A stretch of DNA of 64,000 bases from Escherichia coli (lineage in GTDB: Bacteria > Pseudomonadota > Gammaproteobacteria > Enterobacterales > Enterobacteriaceae), in the NCBI RefSeq assembly GCF_016903815.1, contig NZ_CP069974.1; one strand, 5' to 3'. Made by a program: the position numbers and the translations under genes. Shown in pieces: positions 44,229 through 55,601 of this stretch. Within the stretch, counting starts at the first letter, position 1. Each line of letters begins with the position of its first letter. Under the pieces are notes generated by a model that was not told the DNA's origin, made no database searches, and saw only the letters and a list, made by a program, of their open reading frames with translations.

Positions 44229-45403
44229 TATCTAATCTCCCAGCGTGGTTTAATCAGACGATCGAAAATTTCATTGCAGACAGGTTCCCAAATAGAAAGA
44301 GCATTTCTCCAGGCACCAGTTGAAGAGCGTTGATCAATGGCCTGTTCAAAAACAGTTCTCATCCGGATCTGACCTTTACCAACTTCATCCGTTTCACGTA
44401 CAACATTTTTTAGAACCATGCTTCCCCAGGCATCCCGAATTTGCTCCTCCATCCACGGGGACTGAGAGCCATTACTATTGCTGTATTTGGTAAGCAAAAT
44501 ACGTACATCAGGCTCGAACCCTTTAAGATCAACGTTCTTGAGCAGATCACGAAGCATATCGAAAAACTGCAGTGCGGAGGTGTAGTCAAACAACTCAGCA
44601 GGCGTGGGAACAATCAGCACATCAGCAGCACATACGACATTAATCGTGCCGATACCCAGGTTAGGCGCGCTGTCAATAACTATGACATCATAGTCATGAG
44701 CAACAGTTTCAATGGCCAGTCGGAGCATCAGGTGTGGATCGGTGGGCAGTTTACCTTCATCAAATTTGCCCATTAACTCAGTTTCAATACGGTGCAGAGC
44801 CAGACAGGAAGGAATAATGTCAAGCCCAGGCCAGCAAGTGGGCTTTATTGCATAAGTGACATCGTCCTTTTCCCCAAGATAGAAAGGCAGGAGAGTGTCT
44901 TCTGCATGAATATGAAGATCTGGTACCCATCCGTGATACATTGAGGCTGTTCCCTGGGGGTCGTTACCTTCCACGAGCAAAACACGTAGCCCCTTCAGAG
45001 CCAGATCCTGAGCAAGATGAACAGAAACTGAGGTTTTGTAAACGCCACCTTTATGGGCAGCAACCCCGATCACCGGTGGAAATACGTCTTCAGCACGTCG
45101 CAATCGCGTACCAAACACATCACGCATATGATTAATTTGTTCAATTGTATAACCAACACGTTGCTCAACCCGTCCTCGAATTTCCATATCCGGGTGCGGT
45201 AGTCGCCCTGCTTTCTCGGCATCTCTGATAGCCTGAGAAGAAACCCCAACTAAATCCGCTGCTTCACCTATTCTCCAGCGCCGGGTTATTTTCCTCGCTT
45301 CCGGGCTGTCATCATTAAACTGTGCAATGGCGATAGCCTTCGTCATTTCATGACCAGCGTTTATGCACTGGTTAAGTGTTTCCATGAGTTTCATTCTGAA
45401 CAT
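44228..45403 (-). CDS. sopA: SopA (ParA-type partition ATPase); likely start at MKLMETL (45394)
   Basis: Walker [17 protein letters not shown]; matches F SopA. Confidence 0.9.
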   Translation of the reverse strand: MFRMKLMETLNQCINAGHEMTKAIAIAQFNDDSPEARKITRRWRIGEAADLVGVSSQAIRDAEKAGRLPHPDMEIRGRVEQRVGYTIEQINHMRDVFGTRLRRAEDVFPPVIGVAAHKGGVYKTSVSVHLAQDLALKGLRVLLVEGNDPQGTASMYHGWVPDLHIHAEDTLLPFYLGEKDDVTYAIKPTCWPGLDIIPSCLALHRIETELMGKFDEGKLPTDPHLMLRLAIETVAHDYDVIVIDSAPNLGIGTINVVCAADVLIVPTPAELFDYTSALQFFDMLRDLLKNVDLKGFEPDVRILLTKYSNSNGSQSPWMEEQIRDAWGSMVLKNVVRETDEVGKGQIRMRTVFEQAIDQRSSTGAWRNALSIWEPVCNEIFDRLIKPRWEIR

Positions 45404-45724
45404 CCTTTAATCATTGCTTTGCGTTTTTTTATTAAATCTTGCAATTTACTGCAAAGCAACAACAAAATCGCAAAGTCATCAAAAAACCGCAAAGTTGTTT
45501 AAAATAAGAGCAACACTACAAAAGGAGATAAGAAGAGCACATACCTCAGTCACTTATTATCACTAGCGCTCGCCGCAGCCGTGTAACCGAGCATAGCGAG
45601 CGAACTGGCGAGGAAGCAAAGAAGAACTGTTCTGTCAGATAGCTCTTACGCTCAGCGCAAGAAGAAATATCCACCGTGGGAAAAACTCCAGGTAGAGGTA
45701 CACACGCGGATAGCCAATTCAGAG

Positions 45725-46779
<1,055 letters not shown>

Positions 46780-46839
46780 CTAAATAAAAAAGAGTCAATA
46801 AGCAGGGATAACTTTGTGAAAAAACAGCTTCTTCTGAGG

Positions 46840-47045
46840 GCAATCTGTCACAGGGTTAAGGGCAATTTGTCACAGACAGGACTGTCATTTGAGGGTAATT
46901 TGTCACACTGAAAGGGCAATTTGTCACAACACCTTCTCTAGAACCAGCATGGATAAAGGCCTACAAGGCGCTCTAAAAAAGAAGATCTAAAAACTATAAA
47001 AAAAATAATTATAAAAATATCCCCGTGGATAAGTGGATAACCCCA
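46840..47045. other. ori2 (oriS) of RepFIA: four iterons, AT-rich stretch and two DnaA boxes
   Basis: Four direct repeats (GAGGGCAATCTGTCACAGG etc.) at 46840-46930, AT-rich region, GTGGATAAGTGGATAAC DnaA-box pair near 47023-47040. Confidence 0.8.
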
Positions 47046-47510
47046 AGGGAAGTTTTTTCAGGCATCGTGTGTAAGCAGAATATATAAGTGCTGTTCCCTG
47101 GTGCTTCCTCGCTCACTCGAGGGCTTCGCCCTGTCGCTCGACTGCGGCGAGCACTACTGGCTGTAAAAGGACAGACCACATCATGGTGCTGTGTTCATTA
47201 GGTTGTTCTGTCCATTGCTGACATAATCCGCTCCACTTCAACGTAACACCGCACGAAGATTTCTATTGTTCCTGAAGGCATATTCAAATCGTTTTCGTTA
47301 CCGCTTGCAGGCATCATGACAGAACACTACTTCCTATAAACGCTACACAGGCTCCTGAGATTAATAATGCGGATCTCTACGATAATGGGAGATTTTCCCG
47401 ACTGTTTCGTTCGCTTCTCAGTGGATAACAGCCAGCTTCTCTGTTTAACAGACAAAAACAGCATATCCACTCAGTTCCACATTTCCATATAAAGGCCAAG
47501 GCATTTATTC

Positions 47511-48317
47511 TCAGGATAATTGTTTCAGCATCGCAACCGCATCAGACTCCGGCATCGCAAACTGCACCCGGTGCCGGGCAGCCACATCCAGCGCAAAAAC
47601 CTTCGTGTAGACTTCCGTTGAACTGATGGACTTATGTCCCATCAGGCTTTGCAGAACTTTCAGCGGTATACCGGCATACAGCATGTGCATCGCATAGGAA
47701 TGGCGGAACGTATGTGGTGTGACCGGAACAGAGAACGTCACACCGTCAGCAGCAGCGGCGGCAACCGCCTCCCCAATCCAGGTCCTGACCGTTCTGTCCG
47801 TCACTTCCCAGATCCGCGCTTTCTCTGTCCTTCCTGTGCGACGGTTACGCCGCTCCATGGGTATTTTCAGTGTTGCCACCATCGTCTGCAGCTGGCTGAC
47901 GTACCAGGAGTCAGAGAGCGGAACCAGCCGGTGAGTCTGCTGACCGGCGGGCATTCTCCCCGCCGTCCTGGCAGCTTTTTCGGTCCGTTGTTTCAGGGTC
48001 GCAAGCTGCACAAACGGATACGGAGGCGCAAGCGAAAAATCCCCCCGCGTCAGCGCCAGTGCTTCATTAATGCGTGCTCCGGTGTTCCACAGTGTGGCCA
48101 GCAGCATCTTGCGGTGCAGATCCGGGACGTAATGGAGCAGGGCACTCACTTCCGGAGCCAGCAGATATTTTGGCAGTTCATCATGGACCATCGACATCTG
48201 GCGAAGTGCCAGAGCTGCCGGATAATCAATGGCAACAGGCAGCGATGCAGGCTGCCCGGCAGAATACACTGCCGGTACCATGACTGCAGACTGGCTGTGT
48301 ATAACGGAGCCTGACAT
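47511..48317 (-). CDS. resD: ResD (D protein) tyrosine site-specific recombinase/resolvase
   Basis: 268 aa with conserved R...HxxR...Y integrase motifs (HTFRHSYAMHM, Y near C-terminus); adjacent to ccdB. Confidence 0.85.
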   Translation of the reverse strand: MSGSVIHSQSAVMVPAVYSAGQPASLPVAIDYPAALALRQMSMVHDELPKYLLAPEVSALLHYVPDLHRKMLLATLWNTGARINEALALTRGDFSLAPPYPFVQLATLKQRTEKAARTAGRMPAGQQTHRLVPLSDSWYVSQLQTMVATLKIPMERRNRRTGRTEKARIWEVTDRTVRTWIGEAVAAAAADGVTFSVPVTPHTFRHSYAMHMLYAGIPLKVLQSLMGHKSISSTEVYTKVFALDVAARHRVQFAMPESDAVAMLKQLS

Positions 48318-48843
<526 letters not shown>

Positions 48844-49234
48844 AGCACACCTCTTTTTGACATACTTCGGGTATACATATCAGTATATATTCTTATGCCG
48901 CAAAAATCAGCGCGCAAATACGCATACTGCTATCTGGCTTTTAGTAAGCCTTATGTATTTTACCTTTCGTTATGTTAACCAATAAAAATTAAAATCTGAC
49001 TTATAAAAACAAAGCGTAATTACCGCATTCCCGTTTCGTATGGATCCGACTTTATTTGAATAAACGACTTTCCGGAAGTGTACAACGCTGAGAAAATCAT
49101 CATATCGCTGTTTTCCGCCCCTGCACGGCGCATCACAGGTCAGGGAAATAACACAACATATAGTGTCATCAGCAGCTGAATCCGGCACCACATGTTGTGC
49201 TTACAGGAAGTGGCGTTGTGTGGGGGGGAGAGGA

Positions 49235-49355
49235 AGATCCGTAACTGCCGGAAACCGGATCTCAGAAGAGAAAAAGAAGAGTTGTTGCAAGATAAGCACA
49301 AAAAATGGTGGTTTGTTGAGATATGGTAATTATTGCTCAGTGGGCAAAATTCAGA
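49235..49355 (+). repeat. island repeat R copy 1 (GATCCG-N13-CGGATC hairpin, purine-rich tract, mini-ORF)
   Basis: AGATCCGtaactgccggaaacCGGATCT then CAGAAGAGAAAAAGAAGAG...ATGGTGGTTTGTTGA...ATTATTGCT...GCAAAATT; homologous to the copies at 51190 and 57888. Confidence 0.6.
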
Positions 49356-49476
49356 ACAGAGTTAGCCTGAAATTGCAAAAAACAGGCCAGAAAAACTTTT
49401 TTCAGCTCATTTTCATCAACCGGCCTTAAAGGCTGCTTCGGATTTCCTAAATACAGTTTTACATAAGGAACATCGT

Positions 49477-49674
49477 ATGACTGTATTTCTCATGGCCGTT
49501 TTCTATGGCCTCTTAAAAACTGGCTCTCTCATTGCCCTACTTGTTGATGCCTATAAAGGCTGGACCTTGTTCTGGAAGAACTATGATCGACTCCCCCATA
49601 TCTACCGTTCGCAATGGCGATATCAGCGACGCTTCATTCTCAAAAGAATCTGGAAACGCATCAGAACCGGCTAA
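49477..49674 (+). CDS. small hydrophobic peptide (65 aa) with basic C-terminus
   Basis: MTVFLMAVFYGLLKTGSLIALLVDAYKGW... then RSQWRYQRRFILKRIWKRIRTG; downstream of repeat R1; coding status unverified. Confidence 0.3.
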   Translation: MTVFLMAVFYGLLKTGSLIALLVDAYKGWTLFWKNYDRLPHIYRSQWRYQRRFILKRIWKRIRTG

Positions 49675-49955
49675 GCCGGTTCTTCCAGCAGCATCCCCAA
49701 CCCGGCCAGCCAGCACAGACAGCACCAGGTGGTGAACACCATTCTGGTCTCGCCGGATTTCCACTTACGGATGGTGCGCTCGTCCACATCTAGCCGGTTG
49801 GCCAGCTGGATATCTGTGAGCGGGATCAGCGCCCGGACCACGCTGACTTCACTGGCTGAAGGTGCCATCCAGCTCTCGCCCGAGCACAGTGTTTCAGGGT
49901 TAAATTTCTCTAGTTCTATCAGCCCCTGAACCTGACGGGCATTTTCTGCCTTCAT
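49671..49955 (-). CDS. small HTH-containing protein with hydrophobic C-terminal tail
   Basis: LTDIQLANRLDVDERTIRKWKSGE HTH-like segment; C-terminal VFTTWCCLCWLAGLGMLL; 20 bp downstream of the DUF3800-like gene. Confidence 0.45.
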   Translation of the reverse strand: MKAENARQVQGLIELEKFNPETLCSGESWMAPSASEVSVVRALIPLTDIQLANRLDVDERTIRKWKSGETRMVFTTWCCLCWLAGLGMLLEEPA

Positions 49956-49974
49956 ATGCGGTTAACCTTTCTGA

Positions 49975-51108
49975 TCAGGATTGCGACACACTTTGTACAC
50001 GATGGGCAAGACGGCGCGTTTCTTCCACGGCCCTGAGTTCATTTGCTTTTTCTATCATTTCTGCGGTTGGTTCAGAAAGTTTTTCAAAAAACTCCTTAAA
50101 CCTCTTTGCAACTGACTGCAGAGAAACACTGTCAGTTCTCGCTGTTTTAAGATTGGTGTAGACGAGGCGGGAAAGGGGTTTGGTCAGTTCCTTCCGTTCC
50201 ATGTATCGTTTGAAGATCCAGAGATAAATATCAACCAGTTCCAGCCCGGCACTCATCGTTCCCGACTGGAAGACAAGCGGTTTTGCTGGCATGTTCTTCA
50301 TATCCATGACAGGCAAACCCGGCCCCAGTGCCCACGGCTGTTCGCGGATCTGGTAGTAAAACTCGTTCAACTCCCGCTGGGTGGTGTTGAACTGTGACTG
50401 CTGGTCAACAATGATATCTGCTTTCCGGTTCGGTGCCCCCAGACGAGAGCAGATCCCGTGCAAAACGGACTGAAAACCAATCATATTGGGCATGATCTGC
50501 AACTTTTCCTTATTGGTTTTGCAGTTGTACCCCAGCTCATCAAAGTTGACCATCGCCCAAGATAGGGCATCGGTAATGAGTTCAACTGAACGGGCATCAC
50601 CCAGAGAGTGAACGCGCTGAAGCAGCACTCCACAAACCTCACTGAATAATGAGCAAGAACGTTCATCATGAGCCTCAAGACGGGCACGCCACGCTTTTTC
50701 AGCCAGCTCATCATCAAACAGATTAGACAGATTCAGCAGCAGGGGATAGCGCAGAGGGGTCCAGTAGGCACTCCAGGGCACAACCGGATTCAGTCCCTGA
50801 TCAAACACCTGGTCGAAGAACGAAATAATGGCGTGATCGCGCTTAACCACCTGCCAGATATCAAACCGTATCCGGTGATTTTTCTGCAGGACCAGCAGCG
50901 TATCCACAACTTCTGAAAGGCGGTGCACGCCCAGTTCCGCAGCGTGCAGGCGCTCCACGCCCAGAGTTTTGCGTAATGCGGCAAGATCCGCTTCAGCAAC
51001 CTTATCTAGGTCAGCCTCTGAGGACAGTACTCCGTAGGAGAGGATTGGCTGGGTTTTGTCAAAAAGGTTTCGGCCAGTCTGGCCTGTTTCATCCACATAA
51101 AAGTGCAT
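49975..51108 (-). CDS. DUF3800-like protein (377 aa)
   Basis: N-terminus MHFYVDETGQTG resembles the y-DESG signature I associate with DUF3800; family assignment by recall. Confidence 0.45.
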   Translation of the reverse strand: MHFYVDETGQTGRNLFDKTQPILSYGVLSSEADLDKVAEADLAALRKTLGVERLHAAELGVHRLSEVVDTLLVLQKNHRIRFDIWQVVKRDHAIISFFDQVFDQGLNPVVPWSAYWTPLRYPLLLNLSNLFDDELAEKAWRARLEAHDERSCSLFSEVCGVLLQRVHSLGDARSVELITDALSWAMVNFDELGYNCKTNKEKLQIMPNMIGFQSVLHGICSRLGAPNRKADIIVDQQSQFNTTQRELNEFYYQIREQPWALGPGLPVMDMKNMPAKPLVFQSGTMSAGLELVDIYLWIFKRYMERKELTKPLSRLVYTNLKTARTDSVSLQSVAKRFKEFFEKLSEPTAEMIEKANELRAVEETRRLAHRVQSVSQS

Positions 51109-51189
51109 TCAGATATCCTTTTCAAGGCAGGAGGAAAAGAAACGGCATAATTCAAATCAATGTAAAACCTTCCTGTTGCCGGCTGCAAG

Positions 51190-51310
51190 TGATCCTCTTA
51201 AATGAGTTTTCGGATCTAAGGAAGAGAGAAGAGGGATTATTGTATGAATGGCACAAAAAGCGACGGATTGTTGCGGTGAATAGATTATTGCTTAGGAAGC
51301 AAAATTTATA
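51190..51310 (+). repeat. island repeat R copy 2
   Basis: GATCCtcttaaatgagttttcGGATC hairpin, AAGGAAGAGAGAAGAGGG tract, mini-ORF ATGAATGGCACAAAAAGCGACGGATTGTTGCGGTGA, ATTATTGCTTAGGAAGCAAAATTT. Confidence 0.6.
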
Positions 51311-51329
51311 GTAATTGATAACTCTAATG

Positions 51330-51360
51330 CAATTAAACAGCGACCCCATCAGGGGTCACC
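51330..51360 (-). terminator. putative terminator hairpin downstream of the 1039-aa gene
   Basis: GACCCC-ATCA-GGGGTC stem-loop at 51342-51357, followed on the minus strand by a T-rich stretch. Confidence 0.4.
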
Positions 51361-51370
51361 GTAATTTTGA

Positions 51371-54300
51371 TCAGCGATGTTCAAACCGCGCCACTGGAGT
51401 ATCAGTGATTTCCATCTCTATTTCCCAGAGCGTTTTCATCACACCTTCAAGTGGATCGTCGCTGCTGCGGTAGAAGGTATTGAAAAGGGTTCCATCCGGA
51501 TACCTGAACAGCCTGAGTTCACCAAAGGATTCAGCACTGACCATAAGCGAAAACTCCTGTTCGGAATTGAGGACAAGGTAAATAAGACAGTTATTGATCC
51601 TGAAGGGCAGAGAGCGGCTACCCCTGGCCGATACATCAACATGTATGCTAAACGCGTCATGCCTTTCCGGCTGATAGACCAGTTCCCTCAGTTCCTCGCT
51701 GAAGCGGGAACCATAGATCACCAGAATGTAGTTATTCTGATCAGCGGACCGTTGCGCGACTTCCATTAACAGCGTTTCGAGGTTATTGACCTCAATCGTT
51801 AATTTAGCCTGTGACTGCCACAGTACATAATGCAGTCTGCGGAGAATATTTCTGTTCACTTCTGATACCGAAGGGAAATCTCCGTAGTCAGTCTGATTAA
51901 GCTCTCTGGCAACATACTCTTTGGAAACACCAACAGGAATATATATCGCCAGCCAGTTGCGATCACATTCTGAATTTTGAGTAAACGTGAAGTATTTAAG
52001 CAGAACATCTTCAGACAATGCCCCAGGAAGTTCATTTGTAAGACGAGCATCAGTGTTTCTCAGTCGAGCCTGGTCTACTTCAGCAGCAACGATATCTGCC
52101 GTTTTACTACGACTGAATACATCTATGTATTTATCCAGAACATCATTAAAGAACACCACATTCGTTGCATAATCCGCTTCTGAAATGATATAACCTTCAT
52201 AGGGAACTGAAGGGTCTCGTTTCAGTCGTTTAAGAATAGAAATTATTCTGTCTTTACTGGAATAGGAAAACACCCCTCCAGCCAGGGCTTCATTAACACG
52301 CTGTGTAACCTGCTCCGCAGGCCTTGCGAGCTTTATAGCCAGCAAGGCAAACGCCCCGTAGAGACTCCCTAAATCTTCATATTCCCCTGTATACATACGC
52401 CCGGGAATGTAAGGCCTTTCATTATATGAGTTCATAACCTCAATGGTTTCTGATAACCCGCTGTACCAGCTTGTATTCGTATGCAGATTGCAGTGCTCAA
52501 TTCTCAGTATCATGTCAATGATATCGACAGAACGTCTGAATGCAGGCGTCAGCGTGTCATGTGTATCTCTATCTTCATATAATTCAGACATAATGAGATG
52601 ATTCACAAGATCGGCTAAGTCTATATTTTTTTGCGATTCAAAATGAGCAATAAGATACCCTGCCATTAACAACCGCAAATCGGATAAGGCATTTGCAAAC
52701 ATAATGGACAAAGCGGCATCTTTTTTATACTTGCTGCCCCTGAGTAACATATTCCACTGCGGTTCTGTCTCCTTCAGGGACAGATAATCCGGAGTCAGGA
52801 AGAAACTGTGCCAGCGGTACTCTTCCTCCCAGTAACGTGTAAACCGGCTCTGATTAAACCAGAGGCAGAGAACGTCGTGAGCATATCGCACGGAAGAGGC
52901 ATTATCGGCAACCACTGACGGAATAAGAAGCCTGGCGGTATTATGCAGATGATACATCAGGCGGCCAGTAGAATCTTCACTCCCGGGTTTGCCAGTGATC
53001 GTGGTCATACTCCAGCCTTCCCACAGTCCGATATACCCGCGGATAAGGGCCTGGTGAGTCAGCTCCTGGCTGGCCGAGAGGGGGCCCCCCAGTCCCGCTT
53101 TCCACTCGTTTAACACATGCCACACCCTGAAAAGCGAGAGTAAAAACTGTCTGAAATCGGTAAAACACGTGCTCTGTGTTTTTCTGTACACACGCAATGG
53201 AATGAGCATCGATTCACGGAAATATTCGCCTGAATATTCCGTTGATTTTACGGATTCACGAAAAAACTTTCTCAATTCATAATGGAATGAATCGCTGAAA
53301 GTATGGCTAAAACCTGATTCTTTTACTTCATCCAGATAATTTTTATCGACCTCGTAATTGTAACTTCTTTTGATAGAGGTATAGGTATCTGTTAATCGTT
53401 CAATCCCTGTTCTGAAGACGCTAATATTTTTATCGTTAAGCGCATCGTAAGCCTCACCAAAGAAATCAAAAGTAATATCATCCAGATCCCTTTTGTTCTC
53501 AGGGCGCCCTGTTACAATACAACGACGCAATAACCACCGCCACAATCCTGAAACAGGCTTGACATTTCTCGATGACAATAAAGTCAGTTCACCAGAACGA
53601 ACACCAAAGGAGGGCAGAATGATAATTTCCGCATCCTGCCCATCTACCGCCTCTAGCCTTCTCAGTAGGAATAAAAAAGGCCTTATATAAATATCAGTAA
53701 CAACATCACCTTTACTGATATTAGATTTAACATGAAGCATATCGTCTTTCTCAGAAATTGAGTAAGGCAGTATTTTAATATTACCGAGGTAATTTTGACC
53801 TACATGACCCCCCGGGTAACGCAGCCACGCCTGAATATATGCTTTTTGAATGTAGTCATCCACTATCTGAGATAAAAAAAACTTATTCATTAGTCGATCG
53901 CGTTTGCTCTCATCCAGGACATTCAGACTGGAGACGAAGAACCAGATAGACAGAATAATATTGAAAAGCATCCACACAAAAGCTGTTACGGCAAAAGAAG
54001 TATTAAGATATCCGTCACCTATAGATAACGTCATACCGCCCAGCACGACAAATGCAGCCAGTGAAAGACCACTCAGGCCCGCAAACATATATCCGGAATG
54101 AAGTTGATACGCGGACTGAATATGGATCCTTGCTGATTTCTTTTGAAATAAAACACTTATAAGCCCCACAACCAGCGGAAATACAATACCGATTATAGTC
54201 AACTGGCTACCCAGTAAATTAGACATCCAATCTGAAAGCTTGGTAATGCCCTTAAAATGCTGCACAGCGAAAGGTAGCAATACAGGGCGAAAATATTCGA

Positions 54301-54490
54301 CCACGCCAACAGCCCCGAAGGCTGCGGACCATAGAACCAGCATAGCCCGGACGTAATGGGTGGAGCAGGAAACAAGTATTCTCTCCACCGGGTTCCAGCG
54401 AAGTTTTTTGTAATCCCGGTTCGACTTCAGGCTCCGTCGGAGTTCAGCTCTCACCTGCCATGAGACACTTTTCAGAAGTTTTCCAAACAT
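51371..54490 (-). CDS. large membrane-anchored protein of unknown function (1039 aa, four N-terminal TM segments)
   Basis: Uninterrupted 3.1-kb ORF in an AT-rich island; four hydrophobic segments within the first ~200 aa, ~840-aa soluble C-terminal region with no recognisable catalytic motif. Confidence 0.7.
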   Translation of the reverse strand: MFGKLLKSVSWQVRAELRRSLKSNRDYKKLRWNPVERILVSCSTHYVRAMLVLWSAAFGAVGVVEYFRPVLLPFAVQHFKGITKLSDWMSNLLGSQLTIIGIVFPLVVGLISVLFQKKSARIHIQSAYQLHSGYMFAGLSGLSLAAFVVLGGMTLSIGDGYLNTSFAVTAFVWMLFNIILSIWFFVSSLNVLDESKRDRLMNKFFLSQIVDDYIQKAYIQAWLRYPGGHVGQNYLGNIKILPYSISEKDDMLHVKSNISKGDVVTDIYIRPFLFLLRRLEAVDGQDAEIIILPSFGVRSGELTLLSSRNVKPVSGLWRWLLRRCIVTGRPENKRDLDDITFDFFGEAYDALNDKNISVFRTGIERLTDTYTSIKRSYNYEVDKNYLDEVKESGFSHTFSDSFHYELRKFFRESVKSTEYSGEYFRESMLIPLRVYRKTQSTCFTDFRQFLLSLFRVWHVLNEWKAGLGGPLSASQELTHQALIRGYIGLWEGWSMTTITGKPGSEDSTGRLMYHLHNTARLLIPSVVADNASSVRYAHDVLCLWFNQSRFTRYWEEEYRWHSFFLTPDYLSLKETEPQWNMLLRGSKYKKDAALSIMFANALSDLRLLMAGYLIAHFESQKNIDLADLVNHLIMSELYEDRDTHDTLTPAFRRSVDIIDMILRIEHCNLHTNTSWYSGLSETIEVMNSYNERPYIPGRMYTGEYEDLGSLYGAFALLAIKLARPAEQVTQRVNEALAGGVFSYSSKDRIISILKRLKRDPSVPYEGYIISEADYATNVVFFNDVLDKYIDVFSRSKTADIVAAEVDQARLRNTDARLTNELPGALSEDVLLKYFTFTQNSECDRNWLAIYIPVGVSKEYVARELNQTDYGDFPSVSEVNRNILRRLHYVLWQSQAKLTIEVNNLETLLMEVAQRSADQNNYILVIYGSRFSEELRELVYQPERHDAFSIHVDVSARGSRSLPFRINNCLIYLVLNSEQEFSLMVSAESFGELRLFRYPDGTLFNTFYRSSDDPLEGVMKTLWEIEMEITDTPVARFEHR

Positions 54491-54796
54491 AGATATCCTG
54501 CGTATTACATAAGAAATTTTATGAATAATAAGCGGTAGGAACCTTTTTTTCTCTGGAAAATGTCACCCGATACCCTTCATACAGGCTTTGTCATCCTAAA
54601 ATCCGGTTTAACCTTTTTTCGGATCTCCGATAAAAAAGAAAGAAATAGAGATATGCATAAACATATGCCTGGCATCTACATATGCTACCGCTATACATAT
54701 GCCACACATCTGCCTATACTAAACATATGCACACACCCGGTGCTTTGAATATTCCGGATATGTTTCACATATCCATATGCTCGGGAGAGAAAGAAC

Positions 54797-55027
54797 ATGA
54801 GAACCGTATCGATATTTAAAAATGGCAACAACCGCGCCATCCGTCTGCCTCGTGATCTGGATTTTGAGGGGGTGAGCGAGCTCGAGATCGTCCGGGAAGG
54901 GGACAGCATCATCCTGCGCCCCGTCCGGCCAACCTGGGGATCATTCCTAGAGTACGAAAAAGCCGATCCAGATTTTATGGCGGAGCGCGAGGATGTTGTC
55001 AGCGACGAAGGGCGATTTAACCTGTGA
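54797..55027 (+). CDS. vapB: VapB/MvpA antitoxin (AbrB/SpoVT fold)
   Basis: 76 aa MRTVSIFKNGNNRAIRLPRDLDFEGVSELEIVREGDSIILRPV... matches VapB/MvpA-type antitoxins. Confidence 0.85.
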   Translation: MRTVSIFKNGNNRAIRLPRDLDFEGVSELEIVREGDSIILRPVRPTWGSFLEYEKADPDFMAEREDVVSDEGRFNL

Positions 55028-55440
55028 ACAAGACTTATATGCTTGATACCTGTATCTGCTCGTTCATCATGCGTGAACAGCCAGAAGCCGTCCTGAAGCG
55101 TCTGGAGCAGGCGGTGCTACGCGGCCACCGTATAGTGGTCTCGGCCATCACCTACTCTGAAATGCGCTTCGGGGCTACCGGCCCAAAGGCCTCACCACGT
55201 CACGTCCAACTGGTCGATGAATTCTGCGCCCGCCTCGATGCCATCCTGCCCTGGGATCGCGCCGCAGTAGACGCCACCACGAAGATTAAAGTGGCACTGC
55301 GGCTGGCCGGGACGCCGATCGGCCCGAACGACACGGCGATTGCCGGGCACGCCATCGCCGCCGGGGCGATACTGGTAACGAATAATACAAGAGAATTTGA
55401 GCGAGTGCCTGACCTGGTGCTGGAAGACTGGGTGAAGTAA
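55024..55440 (+). CDS. vapC: VapC/MvpT PIN-domain toxin (start GTG 55024 or ATG 55039)
   Basis: MLDTCICSFIMRE...VVSAITYSEMRFG...LVTNNTREFERVPDLVLEDW with PIN acidic residues; overlaps vapB stop. Confidence 0.85.
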   Translation: MNKTYMLDTCICSFIMREQPEAVLKRLEQAVLRGHRIVVSAITYSEMRFGATGPKASPRHVQLVDEFCARLDAILPWDRAAVDATTKIKVALRLAGTPIGPNDTAIAGHAIAAGAILVTNNTREFERVPDLVLEDWVK

Positions 55441-55601
55441 GACACTCTTTTCAAAGTCAGGAGATAAGGGCACCAAGAAACAGCCCGTATACGGGCTGTT
55501 TTAACAGATATCTACAGTAAGCGGTCCTAAACTGTAGGGTATCTTCGAAGATCAGACTATCAGGGAGCTAAAGCCTATCTTCCGGCGGCAAAAACAGTGG
55601 C

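Noticed and set aside
47040-47510. Possible rfsF resolution site for ResD upstream of resD
   Set aside because: An inverted-repeat-containing stretch (about 47100-47140) is present, but I cannot match it to the rfsF core from memory, so it is not annotated as a feature.
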